A stretch of 64,000 nt of DNA, taken from the NCBI GenBank assembly GCA_050246315.1, contig JBFWWG010000004.1:1-64000 (forward strand). The letters are read 5' to 3'. The notes under the pieces were generated by a model. It searched no databases. It was not told the origin of the DNA and saw nothing but the letters and a program-made list of their open reading frames with translations. This document shows, piece after piece, positions 20,310 to 29,214 of this stretch; position 1 is the first letter of the stretch, and each line of letters opens with the position of its first letter. The translations under genes and the position numbers were made by a program. Origin of the DNA: Nitrospiraceae bacterium. GTDB lineage: Bacteria > Nitrospirota > Nitrospiria > Nitrospirales > Nitrospiraceae.

Positions 20310-20433
20310 TGTTGCGTCCCAGAAGTTCGTTCGTGGTGAGCCTGTCGAACCATGAACGGAACTCCTTGAAAGTGGGCGCCCTTCGACACGCTCAGTGCGA
20401 ACGGATAATTACCGGAACTTACGGGACACAACA
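20310..20433. mobile_element. MITE, end type D, with internal REP-like palindromes
   Basis: TIR TGTTGCGTCCCAGAAGTTC / GAACTTACGGGACACAACA; CTAG on both sides (20306-9 and 20434-7). Confidence 0.8.
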
Positions 20434-20437
20434 CTAG

Positions 20438-20783
20438 CAGGATGTTGAAAAAGTCCGCCAGCTTTGTTGGGGCACCCAATGCTGAATTTTCATGCTGCAG
20501 TGGGTCTGACGCGAAGAGGCCAACCCTGTAGGATTTTCTCCAGCGGCGTCAATGGGGAAAGGCTACGCCTGGTGAGCCGCTGGTACACACGAAGTGTGGT
20601 ATGTACCTCTTCGCCTCTTCACGTGCTGCGGCCGTGCCCGTGGAGAGGCGCGCTTCGGCGCGCCGGGGTTGGACGGGTGAGAAAGCCGGCCTTTTTGACC
20701 ATCCTGTACGTGGTTCTGAAATCATCCGTGATCCCTCGCTGTGCCGGCTCTCACGGGTACTCGAAGTGTTTTTCAACAGCCTG
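20438..20783. mobile_element. MITE, end type A (CAGGATGTTGAAAAA ... TTTTTCAACAGCCTG)
   Basis: 15-bp TIR with 1 mismatch and CTAG duplication. Extra internal right end TTTTTGACCATCCTG at ~20692-20706. Related to the copy at 51917. Confidence 0.88.
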
Positions 20784-21044
20784 CTAGACAGGGCGATACA
20801 TTCCACGAAAGCCCAGGCCATGGCTCACGATCTGAGCCGGCTGCTCCAACCAGGCGACAATCTGCGGGAATACATCATGGACGACTATCTGATTCTGTAT
20901 CTCGTCCGCCGCCACGAACTGGTCTTCCTATCAATGAAGCACCATCGGCAACTCTCATTCGACCTCGCGCAATTCTGGCTGGAGGAATAGGCGGATCAAC
21001 CTATCGCGCCGGTCCTCCAACCGATCATGATAGGGTCGCTCATC

Positions 21045-21308
21045 ATGAACCGCACGATCGCTCTCACAAAAGCTCGAATGAAGTTTTCCACGCTGGTGGA
21101 CGGAGCCGATCGCTTGTCTGAACGGTTCGTCGTCACCAAGCACGGTCTGCCCAAAGCCGTCATTATGAGTGTTGAGGAATTCGAGAGCCGGCTAGAAACC
21201 TTGAAACTCCTGTCCAATCCAACGGCGGTCAAGGCGCTGGAGCGAGGGCTCAAGCAAGCCAAGGCGGGCAAGGTTCGCTCGTTTGAGCGTGTCTTTGGCG
21301 AGCCTTAG
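21045..21308 (+). CDS. Phd/YefM-family antitoxin (second)
   Basis: IALTKARMKFSTLVD...FVVTKHGLPKAVIMSVEEFE..LETL.LLSNP. Confidence 0.9.
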   Translation: MNRTIALTKARMKFSTLVDGADRLSERFVVTKHGLPKAVIMSVEEFESRLETLKLLSNPTAVKALERGLKQAKAGKVRSFERVFGEP

Positions 21309-21370
21309 TGAGGCAAGTTCGGCTAACGCCGCAGGGCGTCAAGGACGTGGCCCTATTTGATGAGGTACTC
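21308..21370 (+). pseudogene. N-terminal remnant of a RelE-like toxin
   Basis: GTG overlaps the antitoxin stop; MRQVRLTPQGVKDV resembles a RelE start, then toxin character is lost. Confidence 0.5.
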
Positions 21371-21624
21371 CACGGAGAATCAAGAACGCCCTCCGCCAAC
21401 TTAGGGCCTGCCCTCTCAAAGCCTGATCGCCAGCATCCTACACAAATACGTCAGCCGCTCTGCTCCACACACGAACTAACCAGTCCTACTTTTGAGACGT
21501 ACCGATAGGTCTGCGCCCAGGCTTGATAGCGGTCGGCCGCGGCATGGACCCCCTTGCCGCGGCGGGAGGCATCGGAAGGCTCATGACGGATTGTGTGAAC
21601 CACCGTGTTTGTATTCAAGCCTAA

Positions 21625-21661
21625 CTCCCCTCTCCTTGAAAAGGAGAGGGCGCGGGTGAGG
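21625..21661. repeat. REP-like palindrome CCCCTCTCC...GGAGAGGG..GGGTGAGG
   Basis: Hairpin; inverted partner at 21835 and relatives at 51560-51633. Confidence 0.75.
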
Positions 21662-21830
21662 ATTCTGCAACAGCACCTCACGATCCGAAAAACGAATGAC
21701 GCTCAGTCCCAAAGACTGAAGATAGGCGTCCCGCCGTTCATCCCTTTTCCGGCCTACAAGGGCATAGTGCTGCCCGCCGTCAAGCTCGATCACCAGTTTC
21801 GCTTGGACCCTCCTTCCAAGGCTGCATGGA
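21662..21830 (-). pseudogene. DUF559 (Vsr-like endonuclease) C-terminal fragment
   Basis: KLVIELDGGQH...RDERRDAYLQSLGLSVIRFSDREVL; the N-terminal half is missing. Confidence 0.8.
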
Positions 21831-21834
21831 ACAA

Positions 21835-21867
21835 CCCTCACCCTTCCCTCTCCCTGTTAGGGAGAGG
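21835..21867. repeat. REP-like palindrome (inverted copy)
   Basis: CCCTCACCCTTCCCTCTCCCTGTTAGGGAGAGG. Confidence 0.75.
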
Positions 21868-21914
21868 ATCTTCCAACGTGGTGTGAGCCATCCGTTGGTT
21901 CAGCATTCCCCCGG

Positions 21915-21951
21915 ACGGCCCTCGCCCGATTCGAGATCGGGCGAGGGCCGT
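21915..21951. terminator. Perfect 16-bp-stem hairpin downstream of the TIR-STAND-FGE gene (terminator and/or DGR cis hairpin)
   Basis: ACGGCCCTCGCCCGAT-TCGAG-ATCGGGCGAGGGCCGT. Confidence 0.65.
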
Positions 21952-21974
21952 GCTTTTCGGAAGAGGTATTTCGG

Positions 21975-22008
21975 AAGGGTAAAGGGTAAAAGGACAAAGG
22001 ATAAAGGG
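21975..22008 (-). repeat. Five degenerate CC(C)TTT(A/G) pyrimidine units directly after the stop codon
   Basis: Minus strand reads TAA-CCCTTTA-TCCTTTG-TCCTTTTA-CCCTTTA-CCCTT. Confidence 0.6.
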
Positions 22009-24618
22009 TTATTCGTTCATGTCCTGGACGAGACGGAAACCAATGTCGTTGAACCGGTTATCCGGGTTGAGCCCGTTCCGGTCCGAAGCACGCAGGTACC
22101 CCGGTCCGTTGCCCCAGGCCCCGCCCCGGATCACACGTGTTCTGCATTCGGCGCTATCCGCTTCTGGCCAGGCCGATCCATCGGTCGGCGCTCCTGTGTA
22201 GTTCTCATGCCAGCAATCTTCCACCCATTCTACGACATTCCCGCTCATGTCGTAGAGGCCGAGACCATTCGGCTTTTTACTTCCAACCGGCTCCGTACTC
22301 CGTGCCTCGTATACCGCATAATCTTCTAGATCCTTCTCATCGGATGTGCCGGCCCAGACTTCTTCCTTCCCTCCACTCCGCGCCGCATATTCCCATTTCG
22401 ATTCTGTTGGAAGGCCGTAGTGCTTACCGGTCGCTTGGGACAGCCACTTGGCATAACCCTTCCCATCGTCCCATGAGACGTTGATCACGGGTCGTTGACC
22501 ACGCCCCCACCCATTATCATCTGGCCGTTTCGCGCTCGTCAGGTCCACATACCGATCATACTCCTCGAACGTGACCTCATATCTTGCCATCGCAAAGGGC
22601 TTGATCGTGACCATACGGACCGGCTGCTCACTTTCATCCGAACGACTACCTTGTTCATAGGTTCCACCATGAATCTTGACCATTGCTGGCTCAGGCACCT
22701 GGATAAGGTGCAACCGCGCCAGCACGATCGATCCGGCATATTGAACGGTCACGCCTTCCTTCGCCAACCAGGCGACCGGCCCACCAAGCAGCACAAGGAC
22801 GAGGCTGGCGGCTATGGCGAAGGACCAGCGCCGGAGATGCTTCTGGCGTTTGCTCGCTATCACGAACTGACGTTCACGAGACGAGAGATCGTCCGGCTTT
22901 TTCTTCAGCCAATCCAACGCCTCGGTCAACGGCAGCCCACGGAGCAAGAGATCGGAGCCCCGCTTGCTCTCTTCATACTGCTCGATCGAGGCGCGCAAGC
23001 GCTGCTGCCAGGCAAGAAATCGGCGGTCCGCGTCCACCCACCCTTTGAGCCGTTCCCAGTGACGGATCAACGCCTCGTGCGACACCTCGATGGTTTCCTC
23101 CGTACTGCCGGCCAGCCGGGAGGTCACCAACAGCCGTTCGTCGGCGAGCGCCCTCGCGACCCCTTGCCCCTCCTCTCCCACTTCACCGAATGTTGCGCGA
23201 CGTCTGGTATCTGCCTCACCTTCTCCAGGTCGCACGAGACGGAGGAAGATCTGCCGTGCTCTCCGTTGATCCCCTTCGCTGAGGTTCGTGTACAGAGCTT
23301 CTGCTTTCTTGGCGATCGCTCCCTCCAATTGTCCCATGGCCTTGTAGGCCTCATGATGGAGTTGTCCGCCACGGCAGTCCTCCCACAAGCGCCGCAACAC
23401 GAATTCCAGCAGGGGCAAATGCCCCGGTTCATCGCCGGCTTGCTCGACAATCAGATCAACGAGGCCTGCTTCGAACCTCAACCCCACTTGCCGCGCCGGC
23501 TCTTCGATGGCCAGACGCAATTCTTCCGGCGTCATCGGCCCGAGATTCACCTGGGCGCCCTGCACACGGTCGGACAGCGGCCGATAGGCGGTAATGGCGC
23601 GACCGAAGAAGTCTCCTCGCAAGGTGAGCACGACGCTGAACTGTACCTTCGCCGTGGCCTCCAGGATGTTGTCGATGAAGCAACGTCTGACGCCTTCCTC
23701 TTTACAGAGCGTGAACAGTTCCTCCCACTGATCGGCAATCAGTAGTAGCCGATCCGTCCCTGGTTGCTTGGCGAGCACTCGGGCGACGAGATCGCGGAGG
23801 GCGAGCGTCCGACTCAGCAGCGCCTCGGCCAGCTTGTTGATTTCGATCAAGCGGCTGGTCTCGCTCATCTCCGGTTCGAGAAACGGCATGAACACCGCCG
23901 CGAGGGCATGGACTGGGCGATCGGTCGGCACGATCGTGGCGAACTCCCATGGGCGATCACGATCCCTGCGCAGCGCCGGCACCAAGCCCGCCCGCACGAC
24001 CGACGACTTCCCACTGCCCGAGGCCCCGACCACCGCCACGAGGCTGTGCTGCTGCACCGCTCGAACGAGCTGGCTGATGGTCGTCTCCCGCCCGAAAAAG
24101 AAGGGCGCGTCTTCCTCTCGGAAATACAGGAGGCCTCGATAGGGACAAATGGCGGCGAGCGTCTCCCGAACCGTGTCTTGCGCGTCGGGGCCAGGCGGCT
24201 CCCCGTGGATGGCCCTGACGAGGGTGTTGAGCAGGATCGGGTCATCGCCACGGGTGCGGAAATCGACCCAGGTGTTTTGGCTCAGAAACCCGAGCGGCGG
24301 TTCTGACCCAGGCAGCAAGACGGGAATGACGGGAAAGAGCAGTCCTCCGCGCTCAGCCGCCGCCTGACGCTCCAGCGCGAGATACTGCTCCCGCTGCTGC
24401 CACGGCCCCATTTCTCCTTGACCGATGCAGACCGCGACCGCTCGACAGTGGCCAAGGGTCGCCTCCAATGCCTTCGGCCAAGATTGCCCCGGCGTGAGAT
24501 ACCACCGGTCGAGAAAGACCGTGAGGTTCCGCTCGCACAACGACCGTGCGAGTGCTTCCACCTGCGCATGGTCGCGCCAGTGGTAACTCAGGAACACATC
24601 GAAACGATCGGGAGGCAT
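22009..24618 (-). CDS. TIR + STAND (nSTAND1-like) NTPase + TM + FGE-sulfatase/C-type lectin domain protein
   Basis: TIR: FDVFLSYH...GPWQQRE. NTPase: CPYRGLLYF, GASGSGKSS, LLIADQWEELF, HEALIRHW. One TM segment. CLec: RPVINVSW, LPTE..WEYAAR, GLYDMSGNV.EW, RGGAW, IGFRL. Confidence 0.92.
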   Translation of the reverse strand: MPPDRFDVFLSYHWRDHAQVEALARSLCERNLTVFLDRWYLTPGQSWPKALEATLGHCRAVAVCIGQGEMGPWQQREQYLALERQAAAERGGLLFPVIPVLLPGSEPPLGFLSQNTWVDFRTRGDDPILLNTLVRAIHGEPPGPDAQDTVRETLAAICPYRGLLYFREEDAPFFFGRETTISQLVRAVQQHSLVAVVGASGSGKSSVVRAGLVPALRRDRDRPWEFATIVPTDRPVHALAAVFMPFLEPEMSETSRLIEINKLAEALLSRTLALRDLVARVLAKQPGTDRLLLIADQWEELFTLCKEEGVRRCFIDNILEATAKVQFSVVLTLRGDFFGRAITAYRPLSDRVQGAQVNLGPMTPEELRLAIEEPARQVGLRFEAGLVDLIVEQAGDEPGHLPLLEFVLRRLWEDCRGGQLHHEAYKAMGQLEGAIAKKAEALYTNLSEGDQRRARQIFLRLVRPGEGEADTRRRATFGEVGEEGQGVARALADERLLVTSRLAGSTEETIEVSHEALIRHWERLKGWVDADRRFLAWQQRLRASIEQYEESKRGSDLLLRGLPLTEALDWLKKKPDDLSSRERQFVIASKRQKHLRRWSFAIAASLVLVLLGGPVAWLAKEGVTVQYAGSIVLARLHLIQVPEPAMVKIHGGTYEQGSRSDESEQPVRMVTIKPFAMARYEVTFEEYDRYVDLTSAKRPDDNGWGRGQRPVINVSWDDGKGYAKWLSQATGKHYGLPTESKWEYAARSGGKEEVWAGTSDEKDLEDYAVYEARSTEPVGSKKPNGLGLYDMSGNVVEWVEDCWHENYTGAPTDGSAWPEADSAECRTRVIRGGAWGNGPGYLRASDRNGLNPDNRFNDIGFRLVQDMNE

Positions 24619-24805
24619 GTGGGCTCTTCTCGACCCGAGAGGCTGAACGTCGCAGCCGACTCACCCCGTGGGCGGTACCATACGGGGCGTCGCCCGGATG
24701 GCGTGGATTGTACGCTTTCGTCCGATTAAGACAAGGTGGGGAGGGTGTTTGAGCCCAAGCCGCGATCCAAGAAATGGTCCTATTTTCGTGTGAAAGGTAT
24801 GAGGG

Positions 24806-25972
24806 CTAGCGCAGCGAATTGAGGTACGCGATGAGGTCGGAGATCTCGCGGTCGGAGAGGTGGCGGGTGCCGGTCATGGTCGAGCCCCCGATGCCGTCCT
24901 TGATCGCACGGGCGAGTTCCAGATCGGTTCTGATTTTGAGCGCAAACCAATCGCGCAAATTCGGCGGCACGCGGCGTGGGGAGGGTCCGGCAAAGGGCGT
25001 GATGATGGGTGGGATGTAGCCCGGTGCGACACCGAATAATATCTCTTGCCTCACATCCGTAAACATGTCGGCATCGCGACCGTGGCAGGTGTTGCAAGCG
25101 CCCTTGCCGTTGAACAGGGCCCGTCCTTCTGCAACTGAGTCTCTGATCAATGGAATCACGGGAAACGCCAGCGCCTGCTGCACCGGCTCGGACGGTGAAG
25201 ATACGGACCCTGCCGGCACTGCTGCTCTTGGTTCACCTGGGGACTTCGCCGGGTCTGCCGGCTTCGGCGGCTCAGCGAGCTTGGCCAATCCGCTCGATTC
25301 AGCCGGCTCGGACGGTCGTGGCTGCTGTTCCTGATCGGGCTTGCCGGTCACAGTCCAACTGATCAAGGTCTCGTCCGGGCTGAACGTGATCGTCAGTCCC
25401 GTGTCCGCATAGCTCCAGATCTCTTCGCTCCCGCGTTTCTTGATCGTCTTAGGCTTGCCGAATCGCTGCGCTATCTCATCGCGGCTCATGCCGGCGTGCG
25501 GCGTCAAATCCTGAACGACGGGCGGAGGGGCTGCCGGCAGGGCATCCGAGGGCCGCGCTTCTTCATTTCCCTTGGCAGACTTGTCGCTCGGGCGCTCCGG
25601 AATCGGCGCACGTTTCGGCAGGCTTGCCACCTGGGCTTGATTGACCCGCAGCAAGCGCCAGGCCGAGATCGTGTCTTTGGGACAACCGGACGCCTCCGGC
25701 TCCTCGTAAATCATTGCGGTCTCGATCAACAGACGGGACGTGTCTCGCCCCTGGGCATAGGCGTTCAGTTCCTTCTTGCCGGCGTCGAACGCCCGGAGCC
25801 TGGCATCTTCGGCTGTCCGCGCGCAGGACGCCACTCCGACAAAGTACACCTCGTCCCCGAACCGGAACATCGCCTGTTCGGTCCAAAATGGTCGAAGAAG
25901 AGAGCTGTCGGCCCAGGCAGGCTGGTCCGTGATTGGCAACAGGATCAACAGGAACAGAATGGAAGCCGGCAT
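24806..25972 (-). CDS. Exported multidomain protein with C-terminal monoheme cytochrome c
   Basis: Signal peptide, GMSRDEIAQRFGKP (SmpA/OmlA-like), Pro-rich linkers, CNTCH and a distal Met (GSTM). Confidence 0.8.
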   Translation of the reverse strand: MPASILFLLILLPITDQPAWADSSLLRPFWTEQAMFRFGDEVYFVGVASCARTAEDARLRAFDAGKKELNAYAQGRDTSRLLIETAMIYEEPEASGCPKDTISAWRLLRVNQAQVASLPKRAPIPERPSDKSAKGNEEARPSDALPAAPPPVVQDLTPHAGMSRDEIAQRFGKPKTIKKRGSEEIWSYADTGLTITFSPDETLISWTVTGKPDQEQQPRPSEPAESSGLAKLAEPPKPADPAKSPGEPRAAVPAGSVSSPSEPVQQALAFPVIPLIRDSVAEGRALFNGKGACNTCHGRDADMFTDVRQEILFGVAPGYIPPIITPFAGPSPRRVPPNLRDWFALKIRTDLELARAIKDGIGGSTMTGTRHLSDREISDLIAYLNSLR

Positions 25973-26141
25973 GAGCGAGCCTCCCCACCAACTCACAGGT
26001 GAGAGAAGGAAGGTACCAAGTTCATTCTACTCGGGTCCGACCCGCAGCTCCTAGGCCTCGCAGTCTGGACGAAGCCCGATTGCTCTGGCCCAAGCCCCTT
26101 GCTACGATACTGAGGTTTTGCCCTGTTTCAAGAAGGACCCG

Positions 26142-28982
26142 ATGGCCGGTACTGCTCATCCATCTCACGAGGTCTCCCACCACGCCGATGATCTCATCAT
26201 CGAGGGCGCGCGCCAGAACAACCTCAAGAACATCTCGCTTCGGATTCCCCACAATCAAGTGACCGCCGTCACCGGCGTCTCCGGATCTGGCAAGTCGTCC
26301 CTCGCCTTCGACACCCTGTTCGCCGAAGGGCAATGGCGCTATGTCGAATCCCTCTCGACCTATGCGCGCATGTTTCTGGAAAAGGTCGATCGTCCCGATG
26401 TCGATCGTCTGATCAATATCCGCCCGGCCATCGCCATTGAACAAAAGAACCCGGTACGGACCTCTCGCTCGACGGTCGGAACAGCCACCGAGATCGCGGA
26501 CTTGTTGCGGCTCTTGTTCGCCAAAGTCGGCAAACCCATCTGTCCTGATTGCCACGTCCAAGCCCGCAGCTACGCCCCATCCTCGGTCGCGGACGAACTC
26601 TTGCAACAATTTCCCGAGGGCCGGGCGATGATCTGTTTTCCATTGCGTGATCAAGGCCCCAAACACGACCGCTCGCTCATCGAGTCCCTGCTGACCAGAG
26701 GGTTCGTCCGCCTGAAGTGTGGGGACACGTTGGTCGACCTTGAGCCCGATACCACACTACCTGCGACCAACCGTGACCCTCTGCTGGTCGTCTTGGACCG
26801 GCTGATCCTTCGTCACGACAGCCGTGCGAGGCTGACGGAAGCCATTGAAATGGCCTTCCAGGAAGGCGACGGGACCTGTCGGGTCGAGGTGATCGGACTG
26901 GGCACGCGGACGTTCAGCACCAGCTTTCGTTGCCAATCCTGCAGCCGGTCCTTCGAACCGATTCGGCCGCTCTTGTTTTCGTTCAACCATCCGCTCGGCG
27001 CTTGCCCGGACTGCAAGGGCTTCGGCAACATCCTGAAGTATGATGAAGACCTGGTCGTGCCGGACCGCACCCGCTCGCTCGGCGACGGCGCGATCGAGCC
27101 CTGGGCCAAGCCAGGCACGGACTGGTGGCAGCAGCAAATGCTGCTCGCCATGAAACGACGCGGCGTAGACCTCACTCTCCCCTACAAGGACTTGTCCGAG
27201 GAGACGCGCCGGATCGTGTGGCAAGGTGACGGGAAGAAAATGGAGGGGGTCAACGACTTTTTCGAGTATCTGGAAGGCAAGCGGTACAAATTGCACGTGC
27301 GCGTGTTCTTGAGTCGCTACCGCAGCCCCTTTCCCTGCCCGACCTGCGAGAGCACCAGGCTGAGACCGGAAGCCCGCTACGTCAAAATCGACGGACGCGA
27401 TATTGCTGAGTTGTTGCAGCTCACAGTCCAGGATTTGACCGCCTGGGTCGATCGACTGACCCTCTCCGAGTTCGACGCCAAGATTGCCGCAGAGCTCCTC
27501 GCTCAGATCAAGGCCAAGCTGAGCTTTTTGCTCCGCGTCGGTCTGAACTACCTGACGCTGTCTCGGCAAACCAGAACCCTCTCCGGCGGCGAGGCCCAGC
27601 GCATCACGCTGGCCAATCAGTTGGGGTCGAAGTTGGTGGGCACGCTCTATGTGCTGGATGAGCCGACCATCGGCCTCCACGCGCGCGACACGGCGACCTT
27701 AGCGGGAATTCTGCGGGACCTCGCCGGCTCCGGCAACACCGTCGTGGTGGTCGAGCATGACCCTCAAATGATTCGGGCAGCGGACTTTATCGTGGAATTG
27801 GGTCCTTGGTCGGGTGAGAAGGGCGGGGAAGTGGTCTGCGCGGCTCCGCGAGTAACGTTCACACAGGATCGTCGCGCCCTGACGGCCCGGTACCTTCGCG
27901 GCGACGAGTCGATCTCGGTTCCCTCACGGCGCCGCACCGGCAACGGCAAGGCCCTCATGATCGCCGGCGCCCGCGCCAACAATCTCAAGAATCTCAGCGT
28001 GAAGATTCCGCTGCGCACGCTCACCTGCGTGACGGGCGTGTCTGGATCTGGAAAGAGCACGCTCGTGGAGGACACGCTCTATCGGGCGGTGGCCCGCGCC
28101 TTCCGGGTCGAGTCTCTGCCGATCGGACGATTCGCGGCGATCAAAGGATTGGAACATCTCAGGGGCGTGCGGCTGATCGATCAGGAACCGATCGGACGGA
28201 CGCCTCGTTCCAACCCCGTCACCTACATGAAAGTGTTCGACGACGTTCGGCAACTATTCGCCGGCACGTACGAAGCGAAGAAGCAGGGGCTCAAGCCGGC
28301 GCATTTTTCGTTCAACACCACAGGCGGTCGCTGTGAACGGTGCCAGGGCAACGGCTACGAGAAGCTGGAGATGTATTTCTTCGAAGACATCTACGCGACT
28401 TGCGAGGAGTGCGGAGGCCGCCGATTCAAGCCGCAGGTGCTTGGGATCACCCTGCGAGGCAAGACCATCCACGAGGTGCTCAGCATGACGGTCGATGAGG
28501 CCCTGGCGTTTTTTACCGGCTCGCCGACACTTCAAGAAAAACTTCATCTTCTCTCATCGATCGGCTTGGGATATCTAAAACTCGGCCAGCCGGCGACGAC
28601 CCTTTCAGGAGGCGAGGCGCAACGGCTGAAGATCGCGGCGGAGCTCAAAGACTCTTCCGCCCGCGACCTCCTGTATATCATGGATGAGCCGACCACCGGA
28701 CTGCATCTTGCAGATGTGAAAAAGCTGATCACCGTTCTGCATAAGCTCGTCGACGCCGGCAACACGATCGTCCTGGTCGAGCACCATTTGGATCTCATCA
28801 AGACGGCCGATTGGGTAATCGATTTGGGTCCGGAAGGCGGAGCGGCCGGAGGACAGATCGTTGCGGAAGGACGGCCGGAACAGGTGGCGCAGAACAGTCA
28901 ATCGCATACCGGCCGATTTCTCGCCGCGGCGCTGGCGAACGCGACGCAGCAAGTCGGGGTGGCTACCCCGCATGATTCATGA
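26142..28982 (+). CDS. uvrA: Excinuclease ABC subunit A (UvrA family)
   Basis: Two TGVSGSGKS Walker A motifs, two LSGGEAQR signatures, DEPT Walker B and zinc fingers. Confidence 0.93.
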   Translation: MAGTAHPSHEVSHHADDLIIEGARQNNLKNISLRIPHNQVTAVTGVSGSGKSSLAFDTLFAEGQWRYVESLSTYARMFLEKVDRPDVDRLINIRPAIAIEQKNPVRTSRSTVGTATEIADLLRLLFAKVGKPICPDCHVQARSYAPSSVADELLQQFPEGRAMICFPLRDQGPKHDRSLIESLLTRGFVRLKCGDTLVDLEPDTTLPATNRDPLLVVLDRLILRHDSRARLTEAIEMAFQEGDGTCRVEVIGLGTRTFSTSFRCQSCSRSFEPIRPLLFSFNHPLGACPDCKGFGNILKYDEDLVVPDRTRSLGDGAIEPWAKPGTDWWQQQMLLAMKRRGVDLTLPYKDLSEETRRIVWQGDGKKMEGVNDFFEYLEGKRYKLHVRVFLSRYRSPFPCPTCESTRLRPEARYVKIDGRDIAELLQLTVQDLTAWVDRLTLSEFDAKIAAELLAQIKAKLSFLLRVGLNYLTLSRQTRTLSGGEAQRITLANQLGSKLVGTLYVLDEPTIGLHARDTATLAGILRDLAGSGNTVVVVEHDPQMIRAADFIVELGPWSGEKGGEVVCAAPRVTFTQDRRALTARYLRGDESISVPSRRRTGNGKALMIAGARANNLKNLSVKIPLRTLTCVTGVSGSGKSTLVEDTLYRAVARAFRVESLPIGRFAAIKGLEHLRGVRLIDQEPIGRTPRSNPVTYMKVFDDVRQLFAGTYEAKKQGLKPAHFSFNTTGGRCERCQGNGYEKLEMYFFEDIYATCEECGGRRFKPQVLGITLRGKTIHEVLSMTVDEALAFFTGSPTLQEKLHLLSSIGLGYLKLGQPATTLSGGEAQRLKIAAELKDSSARDLLYIMDEPTTGLHLADVKKLITVLHKLVDAGNTIVLVEHHLDLIKTADWVIDLGPEGGAAGGQIVAEGRPEQVAQNSQSHTGRFLAAALANATQQVGVATPHDS

Positions 28983-29214
28983 CGGTTCGTCGCGTTCCAC
29001 CCGTTGCAGTGAAAGCGCAACGGGTACCCGGGAGTCGCCAAGCGAGACAGGCAAGCACAGCCGCGAGGAACCGAGTCGTGCTTAAAACAGTACGTCGAGG
29101 GACTCAGCGGCGGGCACGCCCGCCGAAAGACTTGTCGCAGCGGCGAATCGGGGTGCCCATTGCTTCTCTATCGCAATGGGCCTAGGCAGCAGAAGCGTTC
29201 ATGAATCATGCGGG
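28967..29214. mobile_element. MITE, end type B (CCCGCATGATTCATGA ... TCATGAATCATGCGGG)
   Basis: Perfect 16-bp TIR; lies between convergent uvrA and yqgE-like genes; several internal hairpins. Confidence 0.85.

Larger units (their letters stand above)
20138..20990 (+). pseudogene. RelE/ParE-like toxin gene interrupted by two tandem MITEs
   Basis: Joining 20138-20309 to 20788-20990 gives a stop-free 124-aa ORF (...SGRSFL|DRAIH...LREYIMDDYLILY...KHHRQLSFD) overlapping the antitoxin stop. Confidence 0.85.

Noticed and set aside
20601..20990. 129-aa ORF as an independent gene
   Set aside because: Its first half is MITE sequence; only 20788-20990 is coding, as the toxin C-terminus.
22009..24618. 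Thoeris or a canonical Avs system
   Set aside because: There is no ThsA-like partner, and the sensor is a membrane-separated C-lectin rather than a TPR array.
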